A DNA stretch of 64,000 bases from an uncultured delta proteobacterium (GTDB taxonomy: Bacteria > Desulfobacterota > Desulfobacteria > Desulfobacterales > Desulfatirhabdiaceae): positions 64,001 through 128,000 of the forward strand of contig CAWBKP010000019.1 of assembly GCA_963789395.1 (NCBI GenBank), written 5' to 3'. The notes under the pieces were generated by a model that was not told the origin of the DNA, made no database searches, and worked only from the letters and a program-made list of their open reading frames with translations. Within the stretch, counting starts at the first letter, position 1, and every line of letters starts with the position of its first letter. Below are positions 60,474-64,000 of this stretch, piece after piece. The position numbers were made by a program, and so were the translations under genes.

Positions 60474-61169
60474 ATGATAAAGAAATCGTTTGGGGCGTGT
60501 GGATGGCTGTGTTTTCTGTTGATGGGATTCTTCTGGGGGTGCGCCGCCCCGGCAAGGCAGGCTCAGCCGATGATTGAACAGCCGGTATACATGGCGGCTG
60601 AAACACCACAGCCGACTGCCGACGGATCTTTGTGGCAGGAGAATGGGACCATGGGAGAGCTCTTTGTCAACCCGAAGGCCAGACGGGTTGGGGATATCGT
60701 CACCATAAAAATCGTGGAGTCCTCCAAAGCCTCCAACAATGCCTCTACCAATACCGGCAGGGATTCATCTGTGTCTATCGGGTTAGACCAGTTTCTGGGT
60801 TTTGAAAATGACTTTACGCCCAACAATCAGGTTGCCAAGATTTCAGGCAAAACCTCTAACAAGTTTACCGGCGAGGGGGGGACGAGCCGCAGCGGCAACT
60901 TGAATGCATATATCACCACAAGGGTGATCGGGGTATTACCGAGCGGGAACCTGGCTATTTCCGGATCCAGGGAGGTCATTGTCAATAATGAAAAACAATT
61001 GATTGTGGTAACCGGCGTGATCCGGCCCAGGGATATTTCATCTGAAAATGTGGTTCTCTCAACGTTCATTTCCGATGCCAGGATCGCATACAGCGGATCG
61101 GGAATTGTTAATGATCAGCAGCGCAAAGGCTGGCTGGCCAATATTCTGGATGTCATTTCCCCGTTCTGA
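60474..61169 (+). CDS. flgH: Flagellar L-ring lipoprotein
   Basis: Lipobox WGC; GSLW, ARRVGDIVTI and GVIRPRDI motifs. Confidence 0.96.
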   Translation: MIKKSFGACGWLCFLLMGFFWGCAAPARQAQPMIEQPVYMAAETPQPTADGSLWQENGTMGELFVNPKARRVGDIVTIKIVESSKASNNASTNTGRDSSVSIGLDQFLGFENDFTPNNQVAKISGKTSNKFTGEGGTSRSGNLNAYITTRVIGVLPSGNLAISGSREVIVNNEKQLIVVTGVIRPRDISSENVVLSTFISDARIAYSGSGIVNDQQRKGWLANILDVISPF

Positions 61170-61251
61170 CAATCATGAACAGGTAACGGGTCATGGGCGG
61201 GAGATGCTGTTTTCTCGGGCCATGACCGTAGAACGTGATACCGGTGATTTT

Positions 61252-62376
61252 ATGAAAAAAACATGCGCAAAGAATCGATCGATCCGGATCCAGGTGGGAC
61301 TATCCCTGGTCTTTCTCCTTGGTCTTGCTACCAGTGCGGATGCGGTACGGATCAAGGACATTACCCAAATCCAGGGGGTTCGTCAAAATCAGCTCGTGGG
61401 TTACGGTCTGGTTGTAGGATTAAACGGGACCGGCGACGGGGATAAATCCAGATTCACGATTCAGTCCCTGGTCAGCATGCTTGAAAAAATGGGGATGACG
61501 GTGGATCCGATCACGATCAAGGTGAAAAACGTTGCAGCCGTGATGATTACCGCCAATATGCAGCCATTTGCCAGGCAGGGTACGCGAATGGATGTGACGG
61601 TCAGTTCCATCGGAGATGCAAAAGACCTCCAGGGAGGAACCCTGCTGTTTACGCCGTTAAAGGCAGCCGATGGGCAGACGTATGCAGTGGCCCAGGGAGC
61701 GGTCAGTACCGGCGGGTTTTCTGCTCAGGGAGCCGGCGGCGGCACGCAAAAAAACTTTCCCACTGTGGGCCGCGTTGTCGGCGGCGCGCTGATTGAAAAA
61801 GAAGTGCCGGCCACTTTCAATAATAAAGAAAGTCTGCTGCTTGCGTTGAACCATCAGGATTTTACAACAGCCACCCGGGTTGCCGAATCCATCAATGCGG
61901 CTTTTCTGTCTTCGATAGCCACTACATCGGATTCTGGCAGCGTCGAAGTGCGTGTTCCCGCCAAATACACCGATAATGTGGTCGGTTTTGTAACTGTCAT
62001 CGAGTCTTTGGCAGTTACCCCGGATGTGGAATCGAAAGTGGTTGTCAATGAACGGACCGGTACGGTCGTGATCGGTGAAAATGTCCGGATTTCGAAAGTC
62101 GCCATTGCGCACGGAAATCTGAGCATACAGATTAAAGAATCGGCCGATGTTTCGCAGCCTCTGCCATTTGCAAGAGGGCAGACGGTGGTAACCCCGGATA
62201 CAAATATTTCGGTAAAAGAAGAAAAAAACCCGATCATTCTGATGGAAACCGGTGCCAGTATCGGGGAGATTGTCCGGGCGCTGAATGCCCTGGGAGTCAC
62301 GCCACGCGATTTGATTTCCATTTTTCAGGCCCTCCAGACAGCCGGTGCGCTGCATGCCAAGCTGGAGATCATGTAA
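61252..62376 (+). CDS. flgI: Flagellar P-ring protein
   Basis: RIKDI, NQLVGYGLVVGLNGTGD and NERTGTVV motifs. Confidence 0.97.
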   Translation: MKKTCAKNRSIRIQVGLSLVFLLGLATSADAVRIKDITQIQGVRQNQLVGYGLVVGLNGTGDGDKSRFTIQSLVSMLEKMGMTVDPITIKVKNVAAVMITANMQPFARQGTRMDVTVSSIGDAKDLQGGTLLFTPLKAADGQTYAVAQGAVSTGGFSAQGAGGGTQKNFPTVGRVVGGALIEKEVPATFNNKESLLLALNHQDFTTATRVAESINAAFLSSIATTSDSGSVEVRVPAKYTDNVVGFVTVIESLAVTPDVESKVVVNERTGTVVIGENVRISKVAIAHGNLSIQIKESADVSQPLPFARGQTVVTPDTNISVKEEKNPIILMETGASIGEIVRALNALGVTPRDLISIFQALQTAGALHAKLEIM

Positions 62377-62446
62377 ACGGGAGTTTTTCACGCAAAAGAG
62401 CATGGGATAGACAGCGTAACGCTGTTCAAAAGGAAGGCGCCAGAAA

Positions 62447-62761
62447 ATGGATATTTCGCTTAAAACAACCACCGGGTATGGCGGTTATGCAGGGATGGGG
62501 ATGAATACAAAAGCAACCCGCTCCCTTTCTCAGGATTCCAAAATCGAATCGGCCTGCACGGAACTGGAGTCACTGTTTATTCAGAACATGCTCAAGGGAA
62601 TGCGGGCTTCAATACCCAAGGGCGGACTGACAGGCGGTGGAAAGGCTGAAGAGATGTTCACGGATATGCTGGATGCCGAGCTGGCAAAATCTGTTTCCGC
62701 GTCCGGCGGGATAGGGCTTTCTTCGATGGTTCGAAGGCAGCTGGAAGCTGATCCAAAATAG
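62447..62761 (+). CDS. flgJ: FlgJ-like rod-binding protein (no muramidase domain)
   Basis: ELESLFIQNMLKGMR, FTDMLD and GIGLS motifs. Confidence 0.88.
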   Translation: MDISLKTTTGYGGYAGMGMNTKATRSLSQDSKIESACTELESLFIQNMLKGMRASIPKGGLTGGGKAEEMFTDMLDAELAKSVSASGGIGLSSMVRRQLEADPK

Positions 62762-62859
62762 GCAATGCCAACACGGGAAAATAAGGGGTCATAGAGCCCC
62801 TGGCATTTACTGTAACCCAAGCTGCTTTTGAATTCCGGACGAAGGGTAAGAAATACTAT

Positions 62860-62887
62860 TAAAGTTTTAACGGATAAAGGCTGATAT
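62860..62887 (+). promoter_or_regulatory. Candidate sigma28 promoter of flgM
   Basis: TAAA-N16-GCTGATAT; the spacer is one nt longer than canonical. Confidence 0.55.
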
Positions 62888-62926
62888 TCTATTCAAGGTA
62901 ACCATTTACAGGTGAAGGAGTGATTT

Positions 62927-63241
62927 ATGGTTAACATCATTGATGGAAATCAGCCGGCAGGCATAAAAGCCTATACCAGCCAGAAGACGTCCAGGCCACG
63001 GAGAAACGGGAAGGTATCCGGCGGTCATGCCGCTTCGGATACCTGCCAGGATCGGGTATTGTTGTCACCCGTGGCAAAAGAAATACAGCTGGCAATAAGC
63101 CAGTTGAAGGATATTCCAGATGTCCGGGTCGAGAAAGTATCCGAGATCAGAAATCAGATTGACAAGGGAACGTACCCGGTTTCTTCGGAAAAAATCGCCC
63201 AGGGTCTGATTGATGAGTCACTGCTGAATGAGATTTTATAG
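62927..63241 (+). CDS. flgM: Anti-sigma28 factor
   Basis: DRVLLS, PDVRVEKV and IDKGTY.V..EKIA motifs. Confidence 0.93.
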   Translation: MVNIIDGNQPAGIKAYTSQKTSRPRRNGKVSGGHAASDTCQDRVLLSPVAKEIQLAISQLKDIPDVRVEKVSEIRNQIDKGTYPVSSEKIAQGLIDESLLNEIL

Positions 63242-63402
63242 CTCTTCTGCCTAGCAAAAGTGCATATCGTCTGGAAGAAGTTGAATGAGGGCTGGTCTGA
63301 GCGCCGGTTTATTCACATTTTGCTTTATGTCGATAAGGATTCATGGAAACTGAGACTTGACTATTTCGTGCCATGATAGACCATGGCGGGGTGTCTGAAA
63401 AT

Positions 63403-63936
63403 ATGCAGGACGAGTTCACAGCAACAGGCGATAATATGGAAACAATGCTGAACGAGTTGATACGGGTATTGGAGAATCAGGCCGGCCTTTACCGGTCGTT
63501 GCTGAAAGTTTTGCTGAATGAGAAAAAAGCGGTTGTCAGCGCAAAGCTGGATGCGGTGAACGCGGCCAGAATCCGGAAAGAAGAAACACTGTCCCTGATT
63601 CGTGCCGGTGATGAGATGCGAAAGCATGTAATCAAAAGCATATCCGATCATCTGGGGTGTCCGTCACAGAGCCTGACCCTGACACAACTGGCACAACGGC
63701 TTGAAAGCCCCTTTTCCTCGAAGCTGACCCGGTGCGCCGCGGATATTTCGTTGCTGGTTCAGGACATTCATCGGGAAAATGAAACGAACAAGTCTTTGAT
63801 AACACATGCGTTGAAGATGGTTCGATCTTCAATTGACGTGATTACGCAATTGATGACGCCGCCACCGGTGTATTTCAGTACCGGAAAAATGTACCAGGGG
63901 GAAGTTTGCGGCACCGTTCTTTCCAGCAGTGTGTGA
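63403..63936 (+). CDS. flgN: Flagellar export chaperone FlgN
   Basis: Helical protein with LLKVLLNEKKAV and NETNKSLI; follows flgM; start uncertain (63373, 63403 or 63436). Confidence 0.85.
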   Translation: MQDEFTATGDNMETMLNELIRVLENQAGLYRSLLKVLLNEKKAVVSAKLDAVNAARIRKEETLSLIRAGDEMRKHVIKSISDHLGCPSQSLTLTQLAQRLESPFSSKLTRCAADISLLVQDIHRENETNKSLITHALKMVRSSIDVITQLMTPPPVYFSTGKMYQGEVCGTVLSSSV

Positions 63937-64000
63937 ACAGCCATCTTGACCATGGATGCCCATTCGCAATGACGTCGCGCTGGGTTACCGGATTTTCCGG

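Noticed and set aside
1522..62472. Long antisense ORFs (e.g. 1522-2376, 16759-17622, 61657-62472)
   Set aside because: They overlap well-supported genes on the opposite strand and show no recognisable motifs.
62447..62761. Truncated flgJ pseudogene
   Set aside because: Single-domain rod-binding FlgJ without a muramidase domain is common outside beta/gamma-proteobacteria, and the ORF has a clean start and stop.
63940..64000. GCTGGGTTACCG as a c-di-GMP riboswitch 3' end
   Set aside because: No upstream GGCAAA/GAAA stem features are present, and the region is truncated by the window edge.

Overview
A 64-kb window of a bacterial chromosome. Gene content suggests a Desulfobacterales-like deltaproteobacterium, which is an inference. 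The first ~16 kb holds housekeeping and metabolic genes: lon 3' end, rlpA, cysE, an EAL/HDOD protein, rlmD, gmhB, recD2, a peptide ABC ATPase, an Ala/Glu/Lys-repeat membrane protein, namZ, and a HypD-type glycyl radical enzyme with its activase. From ~15.8 kb to the end lies a large flagellar cluster: csrA-fliW, a TPR-GT41-FkbM gene, fliC-fliD-fliS-fliT-flaG, a six-gene signalling cassette, a sigma54 activator, flgBC-fliEFGHIJK-flgDE-flbD-motA-motB-motB-fliLMNOPQR-flhB, flhA-flhF-flhG-fliA and flgFGAHIJMN. About 17 genes are split by short indels, most likely long-read assembly errors. The most unusual features are (1) a CheX-CheX-FliN fusion plus a sigma54-linked REC/HDOD/kinase/CheX/REC-STAS cassette, with no cheA, cheW or MCP in the window; (2) two tandem MotB paralogs, one lacking the ion-binding Asp; (3) FlhF fused to an Ada-type Cys-rich metal-binding domain; (4) a long FliK with 195-bp tandem repeats beside a very short FlgE; and (5) three tandem sigma28 promoters before flagellin, seven sigma54 promoters and FleQ-like GTCA-N6-TGAC boxes. 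No rRNA, tRNA, CRISPR array or transposase was recognised. All calls come from motif reading only; no searches were run.
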